A stretch of DNA of 64,000 nucleotides. Source: Lachnospiraceae bacterium. Its GTDB lineage: Bacteria > Bacillota > Clostridia > Lachnospirales > Lachnospiraceae. The translations under genes and the position numbers were made by a program. The DNA lies in contig JALEWA010000066.1 of the NCBI GenBank assembly GCA_022788085.1, forward strand, positions 6,465 through 70,464. Reading direction: 5' to 3'. This document shows positions 10,322 to 20,560 of this stretch, piece after piece. The notes below the pieces were generated by a model. It was not told the origin of the DNA, ran no database searches, and worked only from the letters and a program-made list of their open reading frames with translations. Position 1 is the first letter of the stretch, and every line of letters begins with the position of its first letter.

Positions 10322-11719
10322 ATGAAGACAAAAAACGGACATAAGACATACCCATTAACTAAGGCACAGAAGTTTCATATTTTCTATAGTGAGTACTGCC
10401 CTAAGAAAGAGGTATTGAACATAGGAACAAGCCTTACCATTGCCTATGAGCTTGACCTTGAAGTTTTAAAGCAGTCTGTTTACAAGGCTTACGAACGTTG
10501 TGAATCGATGCGTGTACGCTTTACATATGATAAAAAAGAGGAACAGTGGTATCAGTATGTGGCAGACAAAGAGGAACGTGACATTGAATATGTAGACTTC
10601 ACGGAAAAGACAATGGAGGAAGCAGAGCAGATTATGACGCAGTGGACGCGTGTACCTTTCCCACGTGAGGATTCCCCGATGAACCGTGTAGTCATGATTA
10701 AAACTCCTGATGGAAACCAGGGACTTTATCTTCTGGGCGACCATATGCTGATCGATGCGCAGTCACTGATCCAGTTTTTAAGAGATGTGATTGAATTATA
10801 CTGTAATGCGAAGTTTGAAAATGTTCCTTATCCGGCTGACATGCGTTCTTATGTGGAACAGCTTGAAAAGGATCTGGCATATGAAGCAGGCAGCAAGGCA
10901 CAGCAGCGTGACAGAGAGTATTTCCATAAGCTGATTGAAAAGTCAGAACCTGTTTTTAACGGAGTGGAAGGAACAAGACAGCTCGAGGAAGCAAGAAAGA
11001 AGGTACCGGGTACCAGGGCAGCCTTTTCCGCATCAACGAATGTAGATTCTACGATTGATGTATTTCATCTGGAAGAAGAGCCGACACAACGTCTTATGAA
11101 ATTCTGTGAGGAGAATCATATTTCCTTACAGTGCCTGCTGATTATGGGAATCCGTACTTATTTCCAGAAAATGAACGGAAATGATGACGTGTCTTTCAAT
11201 GTGGCTTATGCAAGACGTGCTACTCTTTTGGAGAAAAAGTCGGGTGGAACAAGAATCCATTCTTTACCATTTAGAACGGTTATATCTGAGGATCAAACTT
11301 TCATGGAAGGAATTCATCAGATTCGGGACGGACAGAATGAGGTTTTCCGTTATACTAACTTTGACCCGGTGGAATATTTCACATACAGAAGCAAATATTA
11401 TTCCACTCCAAGAGGTGCTACATATGAACCTTTGTCCATAACATACCAGCCAATGACTCTGAAGGAAAAAGGACTGAATATGCTGGGTGATATCAAGTAT
11501 AAGACAAAATGGTACTCAAACGGAGCGTGTACACATGCTATGTATCTGACGGTTATGCATCGCCCGGACGATAATGGACTTGATTTTAGCTTTGAGCATC
11601 AGCTCGCAGCTTTCAGCAAGGAACAGCTGGAGTATTTTTATTACTATATTTGCAGAATTATGTTCAAGGGTATAGAAACACCTAATCTTAAAATAGGGGA
11701 TATTATTAAACTAATCTGA
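10322..11719 (+). CDS. Stand-alone NRPS-type condensation domain protein
   Basis: YPLTKAQ N-terminus, active-site variant DHMLIDA (HHxxxDG), and typical C-domain length. Confidence 0.85.
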   Translation: MKTKNGHKTYPLTKAQKFHIFYSEYCPKKEVLNIGTSLTIAYELDLEVLKQSVYKAYERCESMRVRFTYDKKEEQWYQYVADKEERDIEYVDFTEKTMEEAEQIMTQWTRVPFPREDSPMNRVVMIKTPDGNQGLYLLGDHMLIDAQSLIQFLRDVIELYCNAKFENVPYPADMRSYVEQLEKDLAYEAGSKAQQRDREYFHKLIEKSEPVFNGVEGTRQLEEARKKVPGTRAAFSASTNVDSTIDVFHLEEEPTQRLMKFCEENHISLQCLLIMGIRTYFQKMNGNDDVSFNVAYARRATLLEKKSGGTRIHSLPFRTVISEDQTFMEGIHQIRDGQNEVFRYTNFDPVEYFTYRSKYYSTPRGATYEPLSITYQPMTLKEKGLNMLGDIKYKTKWYSNGACTHAMYLTVMHRPDDNGLDFSFEHQLAAFSKEQLEYFYYYICRIMFKGIETPNLKIGDIIKLI

Positions 11720-11799
11720 TGAAATGAGACAATTTGCAGGTTTCATAAATGTATAAAATTCAGTGATATTTGTAATTCATGAAAGGGAGGATTGTAATT

Positions 11800-12024
11800 A
11801 TGTTTGAAAAATTAGCAGAGATCATCACAAATTATGTGGAAGTAAAGAAAGAGGATATTAAACCGGAGTCACGTTTTATGGAGGATTTAGGTTTTACTTC
11901 TTTTGATTTCATGAGCATGCTCGGTGAAATTGAGGATGAACTTGATGTGGAAATCGATGCAGGGAAGGCAGCAGATATCCGCACAGTACAGGAAGCAGTC
12001 GATTATCTGGAACAGTTACAGTAA
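11800..12024 (+). CDS. Acyl/peptidyl carrier protein
   Basis: DLGFTSFD phosphopantetheine Ser motif. ATG at 11800 after SD AGGGAGG. Confidence 0.9.
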   Translation: MFEKLAEIITNYVEVKKEDIKPESRFMEDLGFTSFDFMSMLGEIEDELDVEIDAGKAADIRTVQEAVDYLEQLQ

Positions 12025-12048
12025 AGATAGCAAAGAGGGAGGGTTATT

Positions 12049-13587
12049 ATGAACGAGTTAAGAAGCACCATACGTGAAATTCTGGTGGCAGCCGAGCAGG
12101 AATTTGGTGGACAGGACGCTTTTCGCTACAAGGTGAAGGGCAATGAGGACGGCGGAAAGAAAGAAGTAAAGGTTGAAAGCAAGTCCTATACACAGTTGAG
12201 GAAGGACAGTGAGGCGTTCTCAGCAGCTTTGGCAGGACTTGGAGAACAGGGAAAGCATATAGCTGTTCTTGGAACAACCTCCTATTCCTGGATTGTTACT
12301 TACTTCGGTGTTGTAAACAGCGGAAGTGTGGCAGTACCTCTTGATGCAAACCTTCCGGCAGAGGATTTATGTGAGCTGATTGACCGTGCAGATGTGACAA
12401 CGTTTGTATATGATGAGACAAAAGAAGCAGTAGCTGCCATGGCAGCAGAGAAATGCAGCGGATTAAAGAATATCATTTGCATGGGTGATGGTAAGGATGA
12501 TACAAAGGTACTTTCTCTTTGGAAGTTGATTGAAGAACAGAGCACAGGCTTTGATTATCAGCCACAGCCTGACCAGCTTGCAACCATCATGTTTACATCC
12601 GGTACGACAGGAAAAAGCAAGGGCGTTATGCTGACACACAGAAATCTTGCAGAGAATGCAACCTGTCTTGATATGGGATTTGAGCAGGGAACAGTTCTTA
12701 TGTCGGTGCTTCCGATTCACCATGCATATTGTCTAAGCAATGATATTTTAAAGGCTCTATCCCTCGGTTCCGTAATCTGTATTAATGACTCGCTTCTTCG
12801 TGTAGCAAAGAATATCAAGCTGTTTGAACCGAATATGATTCTGATGGTGCCATTGATGATAGAAACACTTGCCAAAAAGCTTGAAGAGGCTGCATGGATA
12901 CCGGCACCACTTGTAAAAGCAAAAGTATTTGGAAAGCAGTTCCGTACCATAGTCAGTGGTGGAGCTTACTTAAATCCGGCATATATAGATATGTTCAGGA
13001 AGTATGGAATCGAAATCCTGCAGGGCTATGGAATGACAGAATGCTCACCTGTTATCAGTACCAATATAAGCTCTAATACAAAGCCGGGTTCTGTTGGAAA
13101 GCTGATGCCAAACTGTGAAGCTAAGGTAGTTGACGAAGAACTATGGGTAAAAGGTTCAAGTGTTATGCAGGGATACTACAAGATGCCAAAGGAAACAGAG
13201 GAAACGCTGTGTGACGGTTGGTTAAAGACCGGTGACTTGGGATATGTAGATGAGGATGGTTTCGTATTCCTGACCGGACGTAAGAAGAATCTGATTATCA
13301 CCCCAAATGGAGAGAATGTTTCTCCTGAGGAGATTGAGAATAAGCTTGGCGAGAATCGTCTGGTTCAGGAGGTCCTTGTCCGTGAAGCAGACGGCGTCAT
13401 TGAGGCAGAAATCTTCCCAGATTATGAATATGCCACTAAGAAGAAAATCAAGGATATTCAGAGCGAACTGCAAAAACAGATTGACGCCTACAATAAGACG
13501 GCACCACTTTATAAGAGAGTACTCAAACTGAAAGTGCGTGAGGTGGAATTCGAGAAGAATACTACGAAGAAAATTAAACGCTTTTAA
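12049..13587 (+). CDS. AMP-binding adenylation enzyme (fatty acyl-CoA/ACP ligase type)
   Basis: MFTSGTTGKSKG, QGYGMTECSP, LKTGDLG, GRKKNLII motifs. Confidence 0.92.
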   Translation: MNELRSTIREILVAAEQEFGGQDAFRYKVKGNEDGGKKEVKVESKSYTQLRKDSEAFSAALAGLGEQGKHIAVLGTTSYSWIVTYFGVVNSGSVAVPLDANLPAEDLCELIDRADVTTFVYDETKEAVAAMAAEKCSGLKNIICMGDGKDDTKVLSLWKLIEEQSTGFDYQPQPDQLATIMFTSGTTGKSKGVMLTHRNLAENATCLDMGFEQGTVLMSVLPIHHAYCLSNDILKALSLGSVICINDSLLRVAKNIKLFEPNMILMVPLMIETLAKKLEEAAWIPAPLVKAKVFGKQFRTIVSGGAYLNPAYIDMFRKYGIEILQGYGMTECSPVISTNISSNTKPGSVGKLMPNCEAKVVDEELWVKGSSVMQGYYKMPKETEETLCDGWLKTGDLGYVDEDGFVFLTGRKKNLIITPNGENVSPEEIENKLGENRLVQEVLVREADGVIEAEIFPDYEYATKKKIKDIQSELQKQIDAYNKTAPLYKRVLKLKVREVEFEKNTTKKIKRF

Positions 13588-13614
13588 TGAAAACGCTTTT
13601 AATAAAAAAACCTC

Positions 13615-13643
13615 TTGACATCTCACTGACACGTTACTATAAT
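13615..13643 (+). promoter_or_regulatory. Consensus SigA promoter of the T-box/por operon
   Basis: TTGACA (13615-13620), 17 bp, TATAAT (13638-13643). Confidence 0.85.
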
Positions 13644-13701
13644 AAAGTTTAATTGAATAAAGTTATCAATAACACATTATAAAAATGATGTGTGGTATGA
13701 A

Positions 13702-13941
13702 AGACGATGATGGAGACAGTACTTATATCTGGAAAGTCACAGAGAGCCGCGAGAAGCTGAGAAGCGGTACGAGTAAGGGCATAGGGAATATCCCTCCTGA
13801 GTTGCAACGCAAAAGTTCGAAATGCTCGGATGAGTAGACGTTGTCGGCTTCCTCCCGTGAAAGAGGACGCATATGTTGGTATGTCGTAGATGGTTTTTGT
13901 GAAGATATTAGACTTCTGCCGTTTGCGGCAGAAGTTTTTTT
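13702..13941 (+). ncRNA. T-box-like leader RNA (probable Ile AUC specifier; antiterminator degenerate)
   Basis: GA-motif GATGA; GGAG/CTCC stem; AGTA (13718)/GAA (13786) loop-E; AGAGAG box (13741) and GCTGAGA loop; stem II CAACG/CGTTG with AGTA; TCCTC-CCGTGAAA-GAGGA (F-box-like); TGGT at 13891; terminator ACTTCTGCCG/CGGCAGAAGT plus poly-T. Confidence 0.72.
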
Positions 13942-13975
13942 ATTTCATAATATTAGGAAGGACATGGTGAATAAC

Positions 13976-14548
13976 ATGAACAAAACAGTGGAAATCAGAT
14001 GGCATGGTCGTGGTGGTCAGGGCGCAAAAACAGCAGCCCTTCTTCTTGCAGATGTAGCATTCAAGACAGGAAAGTACGTACAGGGCTTCCCAGAGTACGG
14101 TCCTGAGAGAATGGGTGCACCGATTACAGCATACAACCGTATTAGTGACCAGCCTATTACGGTACATTCCAATATTTATGAGCCTGATTATGTAGTTGTT
14201 GTAGATGAAAGTCTTTTAGAGACTATCGATGTAACAAAGGGACTGAAGGAAAATGGTGCTGTTATCATTAATTCCGAGCGCTCCAAGGAAGAGCTTAGAA
14301 GCCTTCTTCATGGATATAAGGGAGAGGTTTATACCGTAAATGCAAAGCAGATTTCCCTTCGTGCATTAGGCAAGAACTATCCGAATTCCCCAATGCTTGC
14401 TGCAGCAGTAGCAGTTTCCCATGTCATGGAAAGAAAAGATTTCTTAAAGGAAATGAGGGCTTCCTTCCAGCATAAGTTTGCTAAGAAGCCGGAAGTAATC
14501 GATGGAAATATGATGGCATTAGAGCTGGCTTTCGAAGAAGCCTGCTGA
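13976..14548 (+). CDS. porC: 2-oxoacid:ferredoxin oxidoreductase gamma subunit
   Basis: EIRWHGRGGQGAKT, FPEYGPERMGAP. The real start is 13976; the track's upstream extension overlaps the leader RNA. Confidence 0.9.
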   Translation: MNKTVEIRWHGRGGQGAKTAALLLADVAFKTGKYVQGFPEYGPERMGAPITAYNRISDQPITVHSNIYEPDYVVVVDESLLETIDVTKGLKENGAVIINSERSKEELRSLLHGYKGEVYTVNAKQISLRALGKNYPNSPMLAAAVAVSHVMERKDFLKEMRASFQHKFAKKPEVIDGNMMALELAFEEAC

Positions 14549-14585
14549 TACCTATACATTTATACAGAAAGGTACATATAGTAAA

Positions 14586-14882
14586 ATGATACAAGATAGA
14601 ATTAACGAGAGAAGTCCATGGCAGGATATAACGGAAGGAAATAAGATTTACGAGCCTGCTACATCCAAAGAATTCTGTACAGGAGAGTGGAGAACGCAGA
14701 CCCCAATCTTTGACAAGGAGAAGTGCAAGCAGTGTCTTCTTTGTGCACCGGTATGTCCTGACTGTTCCATTCCTGTTGTAAATAGTGAGAGACAGGAATT
14801 TGACTTAGACCACTGCAAGGGCTGTGGAATCTGCGCAAAGGTTTGTCCTTTTGGTGCAATTACCATGAAGGAGGGTAAATAA
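14586..14882 (+). CDS. porD: 2-oxoacid:ferredoxin oxidoreductase delta subunit (2x[4Fe-4S])
   Basis: TGEWRTQTP, CKQCLLCAPVCP and CKGCGICAKVCP. Confidence 0.9.
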   Translation: MIQDRINERSPWQDITEGNKIYEPATSKEFCTGEWRTQTPIFDKEKCKQCLLCAPVCPDCSIPVVNSERQEFDLDHCKGCGICAKVCPFGAITMKEGK

Positions 14883-14965
14883 CAAGCTCTAAAGAGAGCT
14901 TGTTATTAGCAAATTTGTACCTGCGGTCCAAATATTGCAGGTAAGAGAAAGGTTTGGTTATAAAA

Positions 14966-16153
14966 ATGGCTATCAGAGAACGTTTATCAGGAAATGAGGC
15001 AGTCGCATACGCAATTAAACAGATTAATCCTGATGTTATGCCTGCATTCCCTATTACACCATCAACAGAAATCCCACAGTATGTGGCAACCTATATTGCA
15101 AATGGTGAAATCGATACAGAATTCATTCATGTAGAGAGTGAACATAGTGCAATGAGTGCGACCATTGGCGCATCCGCAGCAGGTGCAAGAGCATTAACTG
15201 CAACATCTTCCTGTGGTATGGCACTGATGTGGGAAGAACTCTATGTGGCAGCTTCCGACAGACTTCCTATTGTACTTGCACTTGTTAACAGAGCATTGAC
15301 TGGACCCATCAATATTAACGCTGACCACTCCGACAGTATGGGTGCCAGAGATACCGGATGGATTCAGATTTATGCAGAGTCTAATCAGGAGGTATATGAT
15401 AACTTCTTACAGGCATTCCCAATTGCAGAACATAAAGATGTCATGCTCCCTGTTATGATTTGTCAGGATGGATTTATCACAAGCCATGGTGTTGAAAATA
15501 TTCTTCTTGTAGAGGATGAACTTGCAAAAGAGTTTGTTGGTGAATATGAACCGGAGCATTATCTTTTGAATGCAAAAGAACCCATGGCAGTTGGACCATA
15601 TGCTGTTTCCAATTACTATATGGAAACAAAGCGTGCACAAAGAGAAGCTATGTTGAATGCCAAGAAAGTAATCCTTGAAATCGCAGAGAAATTTGAGAAG
15701 ATGACAGGAAGAAAGTATGGCTTCTTTGAGGAATACAGAATGGATGATGCAGAATATGCAGTTGTTATTATTGGTTCTGCAGCAGGAACCTGTAAAGCTG
15801 CCATTGAGAAGATACGTAAAGAGACAGGCAAGAAGGTTGGCTTGATTAAGATTCGTGTATTCCGTCCGTTCCCGGAGGAAGAGATTGCCAAGGCACTATC
15901 AAAGGTAAAGGCAATTGCAATTATGGATCGTTCTGAAATGTTTTCCGCAACAAGCGGCCCTCTTGGTGCAGAGGTAAGAGCTGCATTGTTCCAGGCTAAG
16001 TCACAGGCAGAGGTAGTTAATTATTTCTATGGCCTTGGTGGACGAGATATTACAGTAGACGATTTCGAAGAGATATATAAGAATCTGGAAGAGATGGCAG
16101 AGACTCATGTTGTGAAAGACATGTACAAATACATTGGATTGAGGGAAAGATAA
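14966..16153 (+). CDS. porA: 2-oxoacid:ferredoxin oxidoreductase alpha subunit
   Basis: SGNEAVA, FPITPSTE, ESEHSAMS, TATSSCG. Confidence 0.92.
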   Translation: MAIRERLSGNEAVAYAIKQINPDVMPAFPITPSTEIPQYVATYIANGEIDTEFIHVESEHSAMSATIGASAAGARALTATSSCGMALMWEELYVAASDRLPIVLALVNRALTGPININADHSDSMGARDTGWIQIYAESNQEVYDNFLQAFPIAEHKDVMLPVMICQDGFITSHGVENILLVEDELAKEFVGEYEPEHYLLNAKEPMAVGPYAVSNYYMETKRAQREAMLNAKKVILEIAEKFEKMTGRKYGFFEEYRMDDAEYAVVIIGSAAGTCKAAIEKIRKETGKKVGLIKIRVFRPFPEEEIAKALSKVKAIAIMDRSEMFSATSGPLGAEVRAALFQAKSQAEVVNYFYGLGGRDITVDDFEEIYKNLEEMAETHVVKDMYKYIGLRER

Positions 16154-17088
16154 TGGAAACAGCATATAATTTTAAAGAAGTAATGAATAAACCGGAGCGG
16201 CTTGCACCGGGACACAGAATGTGTGCAGGCTGTGGTGGTACGATTGCAGTTCGAACTGTTTTAAGAGCGCTGCATGAGGGAGATAAGGCGGTTATTGGTA
16301 ATGCAACAGGCTGTTTGGAGGTATCTTCCTTCATGTATCCTTATACCGCTTACGAGGACAGCTATATCCATAATGCCTTTGAAAATGCAGGTGCTACACT
16401 GTCTGGTGTGGAAACCGCATATAATGTATTAAAGAAGAAGGGCAAGATTAAGGATAACTATAAGTTCATTACCTTCGGTGGAGATGGTGGAACCTATGAT
16501 ATTGGCTTCCAGTCCTTATCAGGAGCCATGGAGCGTGGTCATGACTTAGTGTATGTCTGCTATGATAATGGTGCTTATATGAATACGGGAACACAGCGTT
16601 CCTCAGCAACACCTCATTTTGCAGATACGACAACAACACCTGCCGGAAAGGTTTCTAATGGTAAGGTACAGGTAAGAAAGGATCTTGCTGCTATTATTGC
16701 AGAGCATCATGTTCCATATGTGGGACAGACAACCTATATTGGCAATTTTAAAGATATCTATACAAAGGCGGAGAAGGCGATTTATACACCGGGTCCGGCA
16801 TTCTTAAATGTAATGTCTCCATGCCCAAGAGGCTGGGGCTATGAGCCGTCAGAGTTGATGAACATATGCAAGCTGGCTGTAGAGACCTGTTATTGGCCTT
16901 TGTTCGAGGTTGTTGATGGTAAATGGATTTTAAGCTATGCACCTAAGAATAAGCTTCCAATCGAGGAGTTCCTTCGTCCTCAGAGACGATTCAGGCATTT
17001 GTTCAAAAAAGGTAATGAAGACATGATCGTAGCATTTCAGGATGAAATTGATAAGAGATGGGAAGAACTTCGTAATCGTTGTGAATAG
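16153..17088 (+). CDS. porB: 2-oxoacid:ferredoxin oxidoreductase beta subunit (TPP-binding)
   Basis: GHRMCAGC, GGDGGTYDIG TPP motif, YMNTGTQRS, SPCP. Confidence 0.92.
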   Translation: METAYNFKEVMNKPERLAPGHRMCAGCGGTIAVRTVLRALHEGDKAVIGNATGCLEVSSFMYPYTAYEDSYIHNAFENAGATLSGVETAYNVLKKKGKIKDNYKFITFGGDGGTYDIGFQSLSGAMERGHDLVYVCYDNGAYMNTGTQRSSATPHFADTTTTPAGKVSNGKVQVRKDLAAIIAEHHVPYVGQTTYIGNFKDIYTKAEKAIYTPGPAFLNVMSPCPRGWGYEPSELMNICKLAVETCYWPLFEVVDGKWILSYAPKNKLPIEEFLRPQRRFRHLFKKGNEDMIVAFQDEIDKRWEELRNRCE

Positions 17089-17124
17089 AAAAAGTAAGGC
17101 AGCTCCTGTTAAAGGGACTGCCTT

Positions 17125-17679
17125 TTATGTATGGGCTTCCATGGCTTTTTTTACGGCTTCGATTTCAGCAGCCTTTCGTTCTTCATCTTCCTTTGCCTCA
17201 CGTAAAAGTCTTTCATAGATGGCGTTAGCTTCCCGGATAATTTCATCCTGTTCCGGTGGAAGTACTACATCGGATGTTGATTCTTTATCCCCTTTTGATG
17301 TCTGTTCAGAAGAGTTTTGAAGAATTGCATCAATAGAGTTCTGGGAGCTGGAAATACTCATGATCTGATCCAGCATAGATTGCGTATCATCATCCATGGG
17401 ACCTTTGCCATATAATCCGGAATAGGAACCGGTTGTTTCATTATATGCCTCATCCTCAATGGGCTGCTGTGCATCTTCCTGTGGCGGAGCTTCCTTTGCT
17501 TTGGCTTCTTCGATAGCAGCAAGCTCTTCCTCTTCCTTTTTACGGGCTTCTTCCTCCTCTTTCTTGGAAGGCCATATTTTCTTTGCATCGGGATTATAGA
17601 TTACAAACCACCACTTGATGATATTTCGATAGAATTTCTTAAAAAAATAAGCAGTGTTTGGGTCCATCATAAGTATCAT
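17125..17679 (-). CDS. Hypothetical acidic/coiled-coil protein
   Basis: 184-aa ORF with a plausible SD (GAAAGG); aromatic N-terminus and Glu/Lys-rich body. Confidence 0.6.
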   Translation of the reverse strand: MILMMDPNTAYFFKKFYRNIIKWWFVIYNPDAKKIWPSKKEEEEARKKEEEELAAIEEAKAKEAPPQEDAQQPIEDEAYNETTGSYSGLYGKGPMDDDTQSMLDQIMSISSSQNSIDAILQNSSEQTSKGDKESTSDVVLPPEQDEIIREANAIYERLLREAKEDEERKAAEIEAVKKAMEAHT

Positions 17680-17880
17680 ACCTTTCTTGAAAGTAACTTA
17701 ATCTTATTTTATCATAAATTTTTAGAAATCTATAGAAAAATTGTAAATAAATAATAAAATTGATAATATAATCATAAACTAAATTGACAAATAAAAATAC
17801 AGTGTTATAGTATATGTAGAACAGATAAAACAATATACCACATATATAAGCTGATTTTTATATCGGCAGTAGAGGGAGGA

Positions 17881-20490
17881 ATGGTTATGAATATTCAAAA
17901 GTTTACACAGAAATCCATAGAGGCTGTGAATGAATGTGAAAAGCTTGCTATGGAATATGGAAACCAGGAGCTTGAACAGGAGCATCTTCTCTATGCACTT
18001 CTTACTATAGATGATAGTCTGATACTTAAATTAGTAGAGAAGATGGAGATTAACAGTGAACATTTTGTTAATCGTGTCAAAACAGCACTTGAAAAACGTG
18101 TCAAGGTGCAAGGTGGACAGCCCTATGTTGGACAATACCTGAATAAGGTACTTATATCAGCAGAGGATGAGGCAAAGAGAATGGGAGATGAATATGTTTC
18201 CGTTGAGCATCTCTTTCTGTCCATGATACAGAATCCTAATAAGGAGATAAAGGAAATCTTTCGTGAATACGGAATTACGAGAGAACGTTTCTTAAAGAGC
18301 TTATCCGAGGTACGTGGTAATCAGAGAGTCACGAGTGACAATCCGGAAGCAACGTATGACACTTTGGAAAAATACGGACAGGATTTGGTAGAAAAGGCAA
18401 GGAACCAGAAGCTGGATCCAGTCATCGGAAGAGACAATGAGATTCGAAATATCATTCGTATTCTTTCAAGAAAGACGAAGAACAACCCTGTTCTGATTGG
18501 TGAGCCTGGTGTTGGTAAAACAGCAGTAGTAGAAGGATTGGCGCAGCGAATCGTAAGAGGAGATGTACCGCAGGGACTTAAGGACAAGAAGGTATTTGCA
18601 CTTGATATGGGAGCACTTGTTGCAGGTGCAAAATATCGAGGTGAATTTGAGGAACGTTTAAAGGCTGTTCTGGAGGATGTGAAGAACAGTGATGGGCAGA
18701 TTATTCTGTTTATTGATGAACTTCATACAATTGTAGGCGCAGGTAAAACAGATGGTGCACTGGATGCAGGCAACATGCTAAAGCCTATGCTTGCAAGAGG
18801 CGAACTGCATTGTATTGGTGCAACAACACTGGATGAGTATAGACAGTATATTGAAAAGGATCCTGCACTCGAAAGACGTTTCCAGCCTGTTATGGTAGCA
18901 GAGCCTACTGTTGAAGATACGATCAGTATTCTTCGAGGCTTAAAGGAACGTTACGAGGTATTCCATGGCGTAAAAATCATGGATAATGCTCTGGTAAGTG
19001 CAGCAACTCTTTCAAACCGCTATATATCTGACAGATTTTTGCCGGATAAGGCAATTGACCTTGTGGATGAGGCATGCGCCATGATTAAGACAGAACTGGA
19101 TTCCATGCCGGCAGAACTTGATGAGATGCAGCGTCATATCATGCAGATGGAGATTGAGGAAGCTGCTCTGAAGAAAGAAGAAGACAGATTAAGTAAGGAA
19201 CGTTTGGAAGTCCTGCAGAAAGAACTTGCAGAAGAGAAAGCAGAATTTAATAACCGTAAGGCGCAATGGGAGAATGAAAAGGCCTCTGTTGAGAGACTTT
19301 CCAAGCTGCGTGAGGAGATTGAGGAAGTCAATGCACAGATTCAGATTGCACAGAGAGAAGGTAATCTGGAAAAGGCAGCAGAGTTAAGCTATGGTAAGCT
19401 TCCTGCTATGAGGAAACAGCTTGAAATTGAAGAAGAGGCTGTCAGAAATAAGGATTTGAGTCTCGTACATGAAAGCGTGTCAGAAGAGGAAATCGCAAAG
19501 ATTATCTCAAGGTGGACAGGAATTCCTGTTGCAAAGCTGAATGAGAGTGAGCGAAATAAAACTTTACATCTTGACGAAGAGCTTCATAAGCGTGTGATTG
19601 GTCAGGATGAAGGTGTTACCAAGGTAACAGAGGCGATTATACGTTCTAAGGCAGGCATTAAGGACCCAAGCAAGCCGATTGGCTCCTTCCTGTTCCTTGG
19701 ACCTACCGGTGTTGGTAAGACAGAGCTTGCAAAGACTTTGGCAGCAGCGCTTTTTGATGATGAGAACAATATGGTTCGAATTGATATGAGCGAGTATATG
19801 GAGAAGTACTCCGTATCCAGATTAATCGGAGCGCCTCCAGGATATGTTGGTTATGATGAGGGTGGACAGCTTACCGAAGCAGTTCGAAGAAAGCCCTATA
19901 GCGTTGTCTTATTTGATGAGGTAGAGAAAGCACATCCTGATGTCTTTAACGTATTACTACAGGTATTGGATGACGGTCGTATCACGGATTCACAGGGACG
20001 TACTGTGGACTTTAAGAATACCATTTTGATTATGACCTCCAATATCGGGGCACAGTATCTTTTAGATGGTATTGAAGAAAATGGCGAGATTAAGCAGGAA
20101 GCGCAGGATATGGTGATGGATGAGTTGAGAGCACATTTCAGACCTGAGTTCCTGAACCGTCTGGATGAAACCATCATGTTCAAACCATTAACAAAGAGCA
20201 ACATTGGCGGTATTATCAGACTGATTATTGAAGATCTGAATAAGCGTCTTGCTGACAAGGAGCTTACGATTGAGCTTTCCAAGGAGGCAGAACAGTTTAT
20301 TATAGATAATGGTTATGATCCGGTATATGGAGCAAGACCGCTAAAGAGATATATTCAGAAGTACGTCGAAACACTGGCTGCTAAGCTGATACTTGCAGAT
20401 GAAGTAGATACAGGAGACACCATTGTCATTCATGTAGAGGATGGGCAGTTGACTGCTGTTTGCAGACCACATGCAGAAATTGTTGAATAA
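17881..20490 (+). CDS. clpB: ATP-dependent chaperone ClpB
   Basis: Two AAA+ modules ([16 protein letters not shown]), coiled-coil M domain, GAPPGYVGY. Confidence 0.97.
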   Translation: MVMNIQKFTQKSIEAVNECEKLAMEYGNQELEQEHLLYALLTIDDSLILKLVEKMEINSEHFVNRVKTALEKRVKVQGGQPYVGQYLNKVLISAEDEAKRMGDEYVSVEHLFLSMIQNPNKEIKEIFREYGITRERFLKSLSEVRGNQRVTSDNPEATYDTLEKYGQDLVEKARNQKLDPVIGRDNEIRNIIRILSRKTKNNPVLIGEPGVGKTAVVEGLAQRIVRGDVPQGLKDKKVFALDMGALVAGAKYRGEFEERLKAVLEDVKNSDGQIILFIDELHTIVGAGKTDGALDAGNMLKPMLARGELHCIGATTLDEYRQYIEKDPALERRFQPVMVAEPTVEDTISILRGLKERYEVFHGVKIMDNALVSAATLSNRYISDRFLPDKAIDLVDEACAMIKTELDSMPAELDEMQRHIMQMEIEEAALKKEEDRLSKERLEVLQKELAEEKAEFNNRKAQWENEKASVERLSKLREEIEEVNAQIQIAQREGNLEKAAELSYGKLPAMRKQLEIEEEAVRNKDLSLVHESVSEEEIAKIISRWTGIPVAKLNESERNKTLHLDEELHKRVIGQDEGVTKVTEAIIRSKAGIKDPSKPIGSFLFLGPTGVGKTELAKTLAAALFDDENNMVRIDMSEYMEKYSVSRLIGAPPGYVGYDEGGQLTEAVRRKPYSVVLFDEVEKAHPDVFNVLLQVLDDGRITDSQGRTVDFKNTILIMTSNIGAQYLLDGIEENGEIKQEAQDMVMDELRAHFRPEFLNRLDETIMFKPLTKSNIGGIIRLIIEDLNKRLADKELTIELSKEAEQFIIDNGYDPVYGARPLKRYIQKYVETLAAKLILADEVDTGDTIVIHVEDGQLTAVCRPHAEIVE

Positions 20491-20495
20491 ACATG

Positions 20496-20540
20496 AAAAT
20501 CTCCGGAAATGAAGAAAAACTCATTTCCGGGGATTTTTTT
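20496..20540. terminator. Intrinsic terminator after clpB
   Basis: AAAATCTCCGGAAATGA...TCATTTCCGGGGATTTTTTT. Confidence 0.8.
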
Positions 20541-20560
20541 GAAGGAGTATCCAATTTTAA

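Noticed and set aside
13576-13603. Direct duplication AAACGCTTTTAAT at the end of the A-domain gene
   Set aside because: Short AT-rich slippage-type duplication with no associated element.
13841-13975. Track N-terminal extension of porC (and similar extensions of 8766, 4010, 35678, 44614)
   Set aside because: The extensions overlap leader RNA or promoter sequence and lack SDs; downstream ATGs have good SDs and match family N-termini.
17760-17880. CtsR operator upstream of clpB
   Set aside because: No convincing GGTCAAA-N-GGTCAAA direct repeat is visible.
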